From contig BCIN01000002.1 of NCBI GenBank assembly GCA_039545335.1, positions 1,439,118-1,503,117 on the forward strand: DNA of 64,000 bases, given 5' to 3'. The notes under the pieces are model-generated. The model was not told the DNA's origin, did not search any database, and saw only the letters and a program-made list of their open reading frames with translations. The translations under genes were made by a program, and so were the position numbers. Source of the stretch: Kondoa subrosea (taxonomy: Eukaryota). Below are positions 13,525 to 25,567 of this stretch, in pieces (position 1 is the stretch's first letter; the number at the start of each line of letters is the position of its first letter).

Positions 13525-16500
13525 ATGGCTGACGATCAAGTGATGAACGAAGCAGAAGAGGATGACTATATCTCGCCTGAGAAGCGCTCGCAAATCATTG
13601 AGCAGAACATCTCCATCCTCGAGTCCTATACCGAGGACATTAGATCTAGCGATCTAGCCACCTATCAGACTTTCATTCAGGACCTCTTGAGCTTCTGTGG
13701 TGACGAACGAGCGTATGAGCCCGAGATGCATCAGTCTATACTCAATCTCTTGAATGTACGTCCTGGATTCTACTCGTCCCTTGGGTCGTGGTGAGAAGCC
13801 AGCGATACACAGGAAGTCTATCGTCAAGCTAAACAATACCCTGAAGAGAGGGCTGACCTGGCTACCGAACTCTTTCGAGTAGTTCTGGATGTAGGCGAGT
13901 CTCAATTTGTCGAGCAGGAGGAAGTCAACGGAATTTGTAAGTGGGATCACACGTCTATATCTACATGTATCTTATATATAAACGCTTCCAAAGTGCCGCA
14001 ACTGCAGAAGCTTGCCAAATCAATGAAAAAGGTTATGCGAAATCTGGCCAAGAAGATCCAAAAGGCGCAGTCCGCTCTGCCAGCAATTAAAGCAGAGACG
14101 ATTGATCTGGATGCACCTTCGACAAGCTCTCCTGCAAGTGCAATTGTAGCGCAAACTACTCCGCCAGTTCTATTAGCTGGTAATGCTTCGACCGCAGCAC
14201 CTTCTTCGACTGCTTTGGCTTCGAAGCCAGCCATGCCTGATTTCTCTCAAGCTACTCAATCTTCTATATCCACTGTACAAGCAGATTCAGTGCCTTCTCT
14301 ACAGCCAAGCTCTCGAGCTTCTTCTCCGCCAAAAGCAACCCCGACTTCCGCTGCACTCTTACGGGCACCTTCTACATCAGTGATACCAGACCAAGTGTCA
14401 GAGAAAGCCGCTCGAGCACCTTCACCTCTCGCAAAATCTAATCTCCCAACAAAGCCCAGCGAAACCATCTCATTACCCGCTTCGCTGCCTAGAAAACCGA
14501 GTCCTGCTTTACCAGCTTCTGTACCGAACAAGCCGAGTCCGGACACCATAGCAAATTCAACAATTCCCTCGCAATCGCAGACAAGCACTACTTCTGTCCA
14601 ATCTAGCCTACCAGCAGCGAATCTGCCAGCCCGAGCAGCCAGTCAAGGACCTACTGTTGCCGTCGAGAAGCCGTCTGATGTATCCGTGTATCCTAGCATT
14701 ACATCTGATGCATCTCCTAGACCGGAGCAAGTCAGTCAACAGCACCAAGCAAACAAGCCAAACCCTGCTCCTGCCACTAGCGCTATGGCTAAACCGACAT
14801 CAGAGCCTACAGTTTCAAATACAAGCAGAGCTTCTACACCACTTCGTGATTCTGCTCTGGAAACCTCCAAACCCACAAATACTACAGAAGAGAAGATCAC
14901 AGCTAGTCTTGTTCCATCGCAGCAGGACAGGGCAAAATCTCCGGTCGCTTTGGACAAGGGCAAAGAGAGCGCAACGATAGGACCTAGTCGAGATGTGGAA
15001 ATGGAAGACGTCGGCGTATCTCAACTTCCCAAGCCGGCTACCAACGGTCTTGACCCATCCCAGATCAACGATGCTACGATGCAGGATACACCTGGGACTA
15101 CAGTTGCTTCACAGCAAAGTCTTCCTCAGTCAAGTTCTGTCCCTCCAGCAACAATGAAGGCTGCGCTTTATCCTTCACGGGACATCAATCAGCCAAGCCT
15201 TAAGTCTGCAGGAGTGCCGCCCATTGCTACCTCAAGCGAGACCTTGGCTAGCCAGAATGTCACGCCTCCGGTTGTACTACCTCTTGATTGGATCAGATTG
15301 GGCCTGAGAGCTGAAGGTAGCAATCCTGAACTCGTGTTTTCCGCTACTGCTGGACAATTTTCTTTGAGTGTCGTGAACTCGGCTGATGTGCAGCACCGCA
15401 TCGAGATCTCTAGTTCAGATTTCCAGAGCATTATGGTGAGCTTGCCTCTGGATTGAAGCAAAAATCTTTGATTTACGAAGAGCTGAACAGATACCTATTA
15501 TGAACACAGAACAGTCATCTGGCCGCAAAACGATACCTCCTTATGTCGCTTTCTCGATCAAGGCGATCGAAGCATTCAAGAATCAAGCTATGCCAAATAT
15601 TTTCGAGCCTGGTCAATCTAAAGACTGTGTGTTCAGCCAATCTTCGCTTGAAACAGTTATCTGATTGGCGGATCATTATAGCTATGACGAGCTGGATCAC
15701 ATTGCGCTTTAATGAGCGAGATCCACGCTTTTCGCCGGATGCGATGAAGAAGCTGGTCCTTCTACTTGATGACTCCAATGCGTCACTTTCGTCTATTCCG
15801 AAGGACTTAGTCGAGTAAATCGAACAACGTCCCGGTTCCAGGACTTACTAATCTGTTATGACAGTATGCAAGGTTGGCATGATTATGTTGGAAATCTGCG
15901 CAAACTTGCTCTCGAGGCCAAGAAACAAGATCCTTCACAATCTCAGGAATCGACTCCTACAATTGGTAGTCCGAGAAAGAAAATCAAAGCAACACCAACA
16001 ACAAAGAAATCGACTGCAACACAACCCACAATTGCTGACAGTGCTCAAGATCCAAAGTAGGGGTCTTCGCAAGCACTACAGCTTTGCTAATCTAAAATCA
16101 TACATAGTGCCTTCTTTGTCAAGACAACGGATGCCGCGAAACAAGCTGCTCGAACAGACATTGCCCATGCTAGTAGACCAGTAGCAGGCATTGAAGCACC
16201 TTCCTCGAATGTTCCAACGTCGAGGCAAGCTTCAATAGATTCCCTGGACACTAGACCTGCCAAGCGTAGCAAGACAGATCTTTCCGTATCTTCTGCATCG
16301 AACACGCAACAAGCTTTAACATCCGCACCAGACACAGCTCCGACTTCTCCAGCCAGAACAATCTTAGACCAGAACTCATCATTCGACAATCCTCTTGCAG
16401 GCTCTGTCAGCACTTCAGAGCCTGAAGCTTCCGCTGCTCAATCTTCTTCTATCGCTATACCACCTATTACGAGTACTTCTGTACAATTAGAAAGCTTAGC

Positions 16501-19500
16501 TCAAGTCACAAAATTCCTGACTCCCGCATCTCTACCGATTCCAAACGCGGCTTCAAGCATAACTTCCAATCAGATGAAGCAAAGTGCTGGCACTGCTACA
16601 AAAGCTCAGGCTGTCAAAGATTTACCCCGTCTAGTGCTGTCTGCTCCTTCTTCGCCAAATGCGCGGGGCTCCGCAAATGGACATGGGGTTCCATCCAATA
16701 CTACACTGTCACAGCACGCTACCGCGAGCACAACTCCAGTCTCGGCGGCTGGAACCAGCAATTCAGCCTTTGCAATACCGCAAGCGGTCCACGCACATCC
16801 CGACATTTCCCCTTTGCCCTCTTCTCAGAACTTTGCTCAACCCTCGCAATACGCTGGACGTACGGCTTCTCCGACAACGATCATCAATCCTCGTGCATTA
16901 GGCAATACTCCATCAAATATTCAATCAGCACCTTCACCAACAAATCCTGTCACGGCACATACATCTCAATTCAATCAAGCACAGGGCAATGCAAGCAATA
17001 TCCCTCCACAACACTACAATCTTCCTCATGTGCCGAATGCTCCGATGTTGGTGATGTTTGGCGGAAGAGGTATATTCCTATGACTGTTACAGCCTATCAC
17101 TGCTAATTTGTCAATAGCTGGAGGTCAGCCAAAAGCCTATGCTGCCGCGATCTCTATTGGCAGTTTCCCGAAAGCTTTTCTTGGCTACAATGATCCTACT
17201 ACAGTCCAGTTTACTCACGTCGCCCAGGCCCAAGCTTACATTGACTTCGCGAAAGAGAGGAGCATTGGCCATCCTATCTGCTACTTTGCCTCAACACGAG
17301 TCAAGGAGCCAGGTCGCCTGGTGGTTGAAGTTCACGGCTGTGATATATCAGAATACACGCCTGGTCGTCTGCCAGACTTCTTCATCGAAGGTCGATCCTT
17401 TCCAACGCCAGAACAGTTTAGAAGCGAAGTGAACACCTTTATCGTCGGTTATCAAGCTAGCCTTGCTTACAGCCAAAACAGAAGTAGTTTCAATTCATTC
17501 TGTAACGTTCATCCAGGTCATCGATTACAGCTTCTTGCGCCGAAGTTCAGAGAGAATCCATTGAACCTACCTGAATACGCACGAATGCTTATCAGCTATC
17601 TCGATCAAGCCGGAACAGCTGGACCGCCTACAGATGGTCGAATATACGGCTTTGGTGAATGGGCTCTTCCAGAGACTACCGTCAAAGGGCCATCCGTACG
17701 GGGCGAAATCTGGAACGGCTTATTGTCAGCAACCACCTATTTATATGTATATCTGTAGCTGACGCGCTGGCAGTGGTTGTTTGCGTGCTCTGCATACAAT
17801 TTGCAGGCGCGATGTACATGCGAACTTGGAAACCGGTCTTGGACTTGTGGAGAAAATCATCGCCCAGTGCCAAATCTATAAAGGAGGAAACAAGGCTCTG
17901 ATGTGGCTTCAGAAATTCCACGAGCAGCTGTCTAGTCTCTCTAGCGGGAACAAAATGGATTCGCCACTGTTCAGCTCCAGTAGCTCATCTGCCAATAACA
18001 GTCGGTCCAATTCTGTATCACTACCGCTGAATGGCGCTGTGGCATCTGGAGCAACCATGGCAGCTCCTTCTATTTTCAAAATGATGTCTCCTATGCAGCA
18101 ATTGGATATTTTCAACAGCGACGCTGCTATGTTGCTGAATTCCCGACGCGCCTCTGCACCAGTTCATTCTACTCAGAGTATGCCCAATTCACAAGCAGCT
18201 GAACAAGGCCCAAGGTTGGGACACTTGCATACTGGGCAACGAAATGCCATCGACCTCGTAGCCAATCATCGTAGCCAGCCAAATGTATCAGAAGCATCGC
18301 ACGATGTCGACATGATGGGCTCAACAAGTTCTCACACAGATGCACATGCTATTCGGGCTAGTACTGCTACTCCCACGATTTCGAGAAAGACAGCCGCCGT
18401 GCAAACAAATGGTATCTCGACACAGAATGGCAGCCTTCCCGAAGTTGAAATCCAAGCTCATCTTGCCGCACTTACTTCTGCTGGCGAACGTATCAGTGCA
18501 GCGCATCCCTCAGCCACAGCTCAAACAGGCTCACTTTCGGCGGCCATGGATGCTACTTTAACAAAGCTCGAGAGGTCTTTGACCGAATTGTCCTCCAATG
18601 CAAGAAGAACTAGCACAAAGCCTAAAGCTTCTACTCTTGCAATATCAGAAGATCAAATCTTCTATCAGAAAGAAGCCACCTTGTTGGAAGAGCAAGCAGT
18701 CAATGCAATGAAGCACACCTTTCATTTCACGTTGTCAGATGACACGTTGGGACGCTTGACTGTGTAAGTCCAAGAAAGTGTATCAGGAATTTTGGACTGA
18801 TTGAATATCCATAGTGATCCCGATGTAGCAAAACCGCATCTGAAAGCGTACATCGTGGTCAATTGTCCTGAAGCTGAGGCAGAAGAATTGCCCTTAGACG
18901 GATGGTTCTTTACTATCAATCGAAAGCCAGTGATATGGACAGTAAGAAACCAGCTTATCTCGGCAGCATCTAAATCTGATACCTTTTGTACAGCATGAGT
19001 CCGGTACAAAAACCGTGCGAATACCCATCACTGAATCACTTAAGAATGCGAACACGGTCCATTTGACCATTCTTTTGGGCAGTCAATTGAAGGAGGAAGT
19101 CAGGTAGGCAACAAGAAGCGCCTCGGATCAAATCTGATCCGCCTGTAGCGTTGGAATCGAAATTGGTGGTCTGCATTCAAGAGCGCAATTACTTGAGCAA
19201 AGTAAAACCCTGCAGGAACCTGAAGCGGAAGATCGGCTGTTCAGAGAAGCGCTAGGCATACGGGAAGAATTACAGATCACACTTGTGGACCCGCATGTTA
19301 AGCAGCGCATTCGAAAGCCTGTAAGAGGGCATCAATGCAGTCATGCCGAAGTGAGATCTTTCTTGCGCGGTATGGCCCGATGCTGACGTATTGTTATTAG
19401 TGCTTTGATTTCGATTTTTGGCTCGATAGCCAAGACAAGGAGTCTTTCGGTGTGGATGAAGAATTCCCTTGTCCTTATTGCGGGCAATGGCTCATGCGAA

Positions 19501-19627
19501 GCGACTTGCGTTACTGTAAAACCACTGAGGCAAAACTTCTGGCGGATGCATCGTGAGTGGCCTTAATTGAGACTGCCTTTGGAAGCTGACTCATTTTAGC
19601 GCTATGTCATACACACTCACCGCCTGA
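13525..19627 (+). CDS. Large (~1,800 aa) Ser/Pro/Ala-rich protein with a C-terminal SP-RING (zf-MIZ) domain; putative SUMO E3 ligase / Zmiz-like
   Basis: The separate ORF-track pieces join in frame through GT-AG introns. C-terminus ITLVDPHVKQRIRKPVRGHQCSHAE|CFDFDFWLDSQ...FPCPYCG matches the SP-RING pattern. Confidence 0.75.
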
Positions 19628-19802
19628 ATGCTGGCATCAATCTATGCCTGTGTATCATTACTACTCTCATTTCACTTGTACATATTTGGATTTGCTATAG
19701 CAGCCGCAAATAGGCGAGAAATGTATATGGCATGCTAGGAGACTTAACAATACATAATGCGTGTACAATACATCCCTTCCGTGCTCGCTTTACTACTGCT
19801 TG

Positions 19803-21638
19803 TTACGATCGCGATGCCGCAATGAGCTAGTCAAAGGCATGAGTTGAATTCAGGTTGCTGACCAAAGAATTTACCTTTTGCGCTGCTGAAGAGAAGCCCT
19901 TGATCTTCTTGCATTCGATCTGCGAACGAAAGCTCTTCAGCACGGTCATCACGCAAATCCGCTTGATCTGGACTAACAAGCAAATTCTTCGACCTTGCTG
20001 TATCTAGCATCCCGCTATCGATGAATTGATTGAGATAACGGAAGCAAAGCTCTTCTCTGAAGTCCGTATACAGTTTTCGATTATACCGACGCTTTACAAA
20101 TCCGAAATTTTAGACAAACAGGTTTTGATTCAATGCTGGAATGAATTTGGCTTACCTCATGTTTTCTTGCCTTTTCAGCGTATGGATGACTTTGATGGAT
20201 CAAGAAATCATCCGGGAGGACGAAATAGCTGACACCAGAAAGGTAAAGTTCATAAAGACAAGCAGCCTTGTTACCACCATAACCAATAAACCTTTCATCG
20301 CAGTAAGGTGTACCTTCTTTCTTGAAAACAACATAAGGTTCGTAAGAATGAGTGTAGGCGTGTACTTTGTAAACTTCTCCTGGTTTGGACGAATAGTATC
20401 TTGTATAGTTTGTTGAGCCGTGACCTGGACCCCAGGATTTGTGGAACATGCCAATACTGCCTTCATCTGCCAATGCGACCAGATCCTGTACATACAACCC
20501 CCATAAGTCTCGAAAGACTTACAAAGGGGAAAAGTAACGCACGGATTTATCAGTTGGGAAAGTCGATGCATCCAACCCATCATTCTGCTTAGTGAATTCA
20601 AAAGCAGGTACCACAAACGCAGCTGTTCCTTCTCTTAATTTCGACATGATAGCAGGAGAAGAAAGGATTCTGTTTCGGAAATCTGTGCAAACCCAGAAAT
20701 CCACGTCGAGCATCATTACATAATCTGTTCTTGCAAAGAATTTAGCAACGTTGCGCCACATGTTGAATTGTCTGTCGAAGTTGTCAATGACGAGATGAAC
20801 GTCGACGTAGGTTGACATGTAAGGGGAAGTGGTGTATAACGCATCGAGCGATTCGAGGAGTTCTTCTCTGCCTTCATTGTTCGTTACATGGATAGTTACG
20901 GACACAGGGCCTGTGTGCCAAGCGATCAGTTAAAACTAGAGATAATCTTGATTGACAGCCGAACCCACCTTGATAATGCTCAACTAGAGCAGCAAACACC
21001 TTGAACCTATTACTTGTTACCAGAGTAGTGATCGTTATGTCTTCTTGAGCATGATCATGACTGGCTTTGTAATAATAAGGAATAACTTTTGACGGTTGTA
21101 GGGTTTCACCAAAAGCTTTAGAAAGAAAGAAATCTTCAGCCATGGGTGTAGCTTTCCTATCCAATTGCGCAATAGCTGCTTGATCTACAGGTGAAGATTG
21201 AGAATGAGCCAAAGGATCTGAAGGTGCATGCCAATTGAGTTTATTGATACCCCAATTCGTATTCTCTACACCAATCTTGGCTCTTGCTGCTGGTACAGCA
21301 TGATGGTGTTCTCCTCCTGTTTTCTTTTCCCATAAAGCTTCACCTGAATCTTCCCTTATTCGAGCTGCTCTACTTAACGCTTCTTCCGCGTTCACTTGTC
21401 GCGTAATTTGCGTGTCATTGCTATTAGATGATAATAGAGCAGCCTCTGCAGCAGCTTGGAGTTCAGCTTGAGAAGGACCATAGAAGAGATTGAAAGTAGG
21501 TTTGACCAAGAAAGAATAGGCAGTATAGATCACTGCGCAGAGAAGATATATAGTGAATGCTGATCGCAATAAACGCGCAGCCTTTGAAGAAGTCGTGTTG
21601 TTGCTGCCAGACTTGCGTGCAGGACCTCGAGGTGCCAT
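19803..21638 (-). CDS. Glycosyltransferase family 49 (LARGE/B4GAT1-like), type II membrane protein
   Basis: N-terminal TM helix, DITITTLVT, NMWRNVAKFFARTDYVMMLDVDF (DxD), AFVVPAFE, YEPYVV, DERFIGYGGNKAAC, FVLPDDFLIHQSH. Confidence 0.88.
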
Positions 21639-22610
21639 TATTTGCTTAGAAAAGAATGTGAGGGGAACTTGATGGAGGGAGCCTGCCCTAGTTTGTTGAA
21701 ATTAGCGTGTAGAAGGGATATCAGTAGACTTTGGTATGGGATCAGGCCCGGGGCGAAAAGTAGGTGGACGAATAGGTTCGAGCGTGAAGCTCACAAATCG
21801 TTCTTGTTCAGAAGCAGTGACGTGGGCTCCAAGGTCTCAGACTATGTGCATTCAGCACATCTGCCATACAGCGGACCCTCTAATCGCGTTCTTTGTGTAT
21901 TTCGACTGCTACAGATGGATCTTGTTTAGGATCTAAGTTTCTTCTTGTGTCTGCTATTACACTTCTGCTTTTGTACTGCTTCTTCTGTCCTCTACAAAGT
22001 CTGTTGTTCCTCTGCTTTCCTTGTGATTCAGGAGACATATGAAATCTTAAGCTGACGAGCTCATTCGATGATATGACCTTTTCGTATTCGTTTGCTGCTT
22101 GCGAGAGTCAGAATCTGTGTCTACAGTCTGGTGTAGTGTATATCGCGCATTTGAGACTTGCTATCGTGCGCCTCTCGAAGATGCATCTCTTCCGCTTGAA
22201 GATTAATTTTGGACGGCAATTAATACAATGAACTTCACCAGCTGCTGTTCCTAATCTATCCTGCGCTCAAGATGTGCATCGGAATCATGGAATGTACTCA
22301 GCGCTCGACTTGCCGAGCCTGCAGCCAACTCTATCATCAATAGCTGCAGGCGTCCTGTCACTAGGATCTAAGAATACACGATGCGCTCCATTGGTGCAGC
22401 TGGTGATTTCGTGTCTGATGCTCTCTGATGCTCACAAGATCAGAACAAGTAATGCACGAAACTCTATCAAGTGCAATGCAATAAATCCAACTAAACGATG
22501 CGATGACTATAATAACTAGACGAAATTGCGTGCGTAGTATGAAATGATTAAACTGAACAGAAATATGCAAATCCCAATATACACACGAGCAGAAACCCAA
22601 TCTCTTCCAG

Positions 22611-23618
22611 TCACATCACAACCACTTGTTGCCTAGCAGCCCATTGCAATTTTGGTCCAGCAACAACAAGTCTTCTACTAGTAGGCAGAGGAGGAGGTAA
22701 AGGTCGACCAAAGAAATGTAAAGCTTGTTGAATAGTCTTCTGTAATTCCTTTGCAAAAGTTGATCCGCCTTTCATTGCTTTTGTCCGCCTTTCCATAACT
22801 TTAATCCTTAATCTTTCACCGGGTACATGTCTTTTCCTCTTGAGCTTATTCATAGTCAATCTATAGATGACAGTATGTGGTATTGGTTTCCTTAAAGAAG
22901 GTAAATCGATCAATTTGGATGATGAGCATTCTTCGCAGGAAGGTAAGATGAGACCATGACGAGCGATTTGTGAGACCGATAAACCCCATCTGATCAATTG
23001 ATTTTTCTCCCTTTGATCCAACTCGCACATCTCTTCATCTTCATCTGACCAAGAATGAGATGTGAGAGTAGGTGAAGGTAAATTACAGGTACAATCGGGG
23101 GAAGAAGATGAAGAAGAGGTGCTCTTGATAGTGAATTGTTTCCGTTGAGCTAGAGGTTGAACGTATGCTTTGCGAACCACTACTCTTCTAGGAACTTCGT
23201 CTTGTTTTATAGGTAAATTAGCCAATCGAAAGGATTGATTGCCAAGCTTGATTCGAGCTGCTTCCAGAGTAGCTCGAGCTTTTTGAACTTTCGCGCGCAA
23301 ATCCATCATTTGCTGAATCTTGTTACTTCTCACCGTCGCGTCCAAATCCAACACTGAGCGATCATATTCCGTTCTTTGGAGTAGTTGAACCAAGAGCTGA
23401 GCCTGCGCAGATTGCTTGGTAGAATATTTTGAAAGTGTGGATTTTCGTGCAGGAGATAAGATGCTGAACGCTTTTAGAAGATGAGCTGGTACGCGTTGAG
23501 TCTGGTCGTGTTGCCTGCGACGACGAATAGCTCTGCTTGGACGTGTGCAAGACGCGATTGCCTTGCGACGATGTGTTCGAGTTGGTCCATATGATGGACA
23601 GATTATCGCCAGCGACAT
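22611..23618 (-). CDS. Hypothetical basic protein, apparently intronless (~335 aa)
   Basis: Long uninterrupted ORF starting at ATG 23618; Arg/Lys-rich; no recognised domain. Confidence 0.6.
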   Translation of the reverse strand: MSLAIICPSYGPTRTHRRKAIASCTRPSRAIRRRRQHDQTQRVPAHLLKAFSILSPARKSTLSKYSTKQSAQAQLLVQLLQRTEYDRSVLDLDATVRSNKIQQMMDLRAKVQKARATLEAARIKLGNQSFRLANLPIKQDEVPRRVVVRKAYVQPLAQRKQFTIKSTSSSSSSPDCTCNLPSPTLTSHSWSDEDEEMCELDQREKNQLIRWGLSVSQIARHGLILPSCEECSSSKLIDLPSLRKPIPHTVIYRLTMNKLKRKRHVPGERLRIKVMERRTKAMKGGSTFAKELQKTIQQALHFFGRPLPPPLPTSRRLVVAGPKLQWAARQQVVVM

Positions 23619-24102
23619 GCTTGTATTTGACAAGTCAAAAGTAGAAGATAATAAAAGGTATCACGAGACTCAAGTCACGGATGAGAAGAAAGAGCAGAAA
23701 GCTGGAAAATGACAGAGATGCCTAGACTAGTTTCATTGGGCAATGGGAAAAATGAAAAACATTATGCAAATCGGCAAGGTCAGGCCAGGCTGTGCTGCAT
23801 TCTTTCTGCCAGCGCTTCCTGCTCCTTTTGCAGCGCTTTCGACACCAGACAGAGCAGCTCATCGTCAGCACCAGATTTAGCCTTCAGTAAACTCGAGTTG
23901 CCGCAGCTGGCCTGCACTGACTTGAACGCTAGTCATCGACCTCTTTCCGCTCAGCTAGCGGTGTGTTTTAGGGCCACAGCGGCAGCGCGCACGAAGGTTC
24001 AGACTGGGTCGAAGGCACGCGCAACATCAGACAATCGGAAATCTCTGGTTGGTGCCAAACCATCGCTTGAGCAGTAGAAATCAGCTGCTTCAGCGTGGTG
24101 CC

Positions 24103-25395
24103 ATGCCGCTTCTCGGCCTGCCTGTGGAACTACAGCTGCGAATCTGGCACTTTGTCACCTGCAGTCAGCAAGTCGGATATCTTCTGGTTTGCAAAGACAT
24201 CACTACTCTTCTGCTTTCTGGACCCTTCTACGATGATCTACAATTTTCTGGCCCAGAGAACGTAATGGCTTTCTGTAAACACATCAAATTCAAACGTCCA
24301 CGGGTTAAAGCACTGGACTTCGTTACACACAAGGTTGAAAACTTTGGCATGAACTGGGAACCAGGCGGAAGAAGCGAGAGATGGTTCGGGAATACCAGAA
24401 CACTTATGTCTGCCCTGGATGAAGGTTGTGATCTGGTTCTACAGCTTTTGCCTACTCTCCAAACCTTGTATGGCTTCCCTCTTAGTCAAGATCGTCATCT
24501 GGAGGTCTTCCACGCTCTACTAAGTCCCCATCACACTCTTCGGTCACTCTCTTTTGTTGGTAATCATCGTCTCAACCCCAATATTACAGCTAGAGCTCGC
24601 AAGCTCATCTACCTGCCTACTTGGTCAGATTGGTTCAATCTCTTGCAAATTTCTTCTTTGCGACATGTCTGCCTATGCGCAGAAGGTCCTTTGCCCGCAT
24701 CTTTCACTCCTGCTTCGGTGCAAGCCCCTCTTCTGTCGATCGATATGTGGCCTGATGGCTTCCAAGATGGTCATCTCTCTCAATTTTTGCACGCTTTGTC
24801 CCATCCTCCGCGCCATCTACAGCTCGCGTTATCTCATATAGAAAATCTCGGTTTGCTCAGCGACGCGCTCAAAAGCTGTGGTAGTGATCTGCGTATCCTC
24901 CGCTTCTCGACTGCTCTCGGCGGTCTCAATCTGCCTACGGCAATCGGAATTGATTATTTGAGCGTAATGCCTGAGCTGAAAATTTTGGAATTGGATGGTG
25001 AAGTCATGACGAAAGACACATTTGCAAGTCTTGCTTCACGGCGTCTCGATAGTCTCGGTCTTTACAACGTTGGGCTTCACCAACACCCAACCCTTTTACA
25101 CAATATCCTTCGACAATTACCTGACAGCGTGAAGAACGTATATTTTGTTAAATTCGAAGATATGGGTTCTGAAGATAGGATCACCGCTCTGGTCAGTCAG
25201 CTAATTGCTTCTCACGACGTATGTTGAAGTCAGCGGTTTCGGAAAAAGGATATTTGTCAAGACAAGGATGTGAAACTTATAGCGAATTTCGACTGGCGCA
25301 AAGGTGCACAGACAGGTAATTGCAGACTTCTGCCAAATTCACGCAAGCTTAACATTGAAATTCCAGATTGGATTTCCGGCAGTGATCTTTCTTAA
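24103..25395 (+). CDS. F-box-like / RNI-like LRR protein
   Basis: N-terminal MPLLGLPVELQLRIWHFV resembles an F-box start, followed by degenerate LxxLxL repeats (LRSLSF, LRHVCL, LRILRF, LKILEL); 3' exons approximate. Confidence 0.65.
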
Positions 25396-25567
25396 GGCAT
25401 TAGGTGATACCTCCGTATTCGTATATAGCCCATGAAATACTTCATATGTCCTACGTATAGCATGATAATCATCTCTATATTTGCTCCCTTCACGCATCTT
25501 CGTGACTTCCAATATGCCTTGATCTCGAGCATCCACCCTGCTAGAATCTCACACTCGTCTGCCCAGG

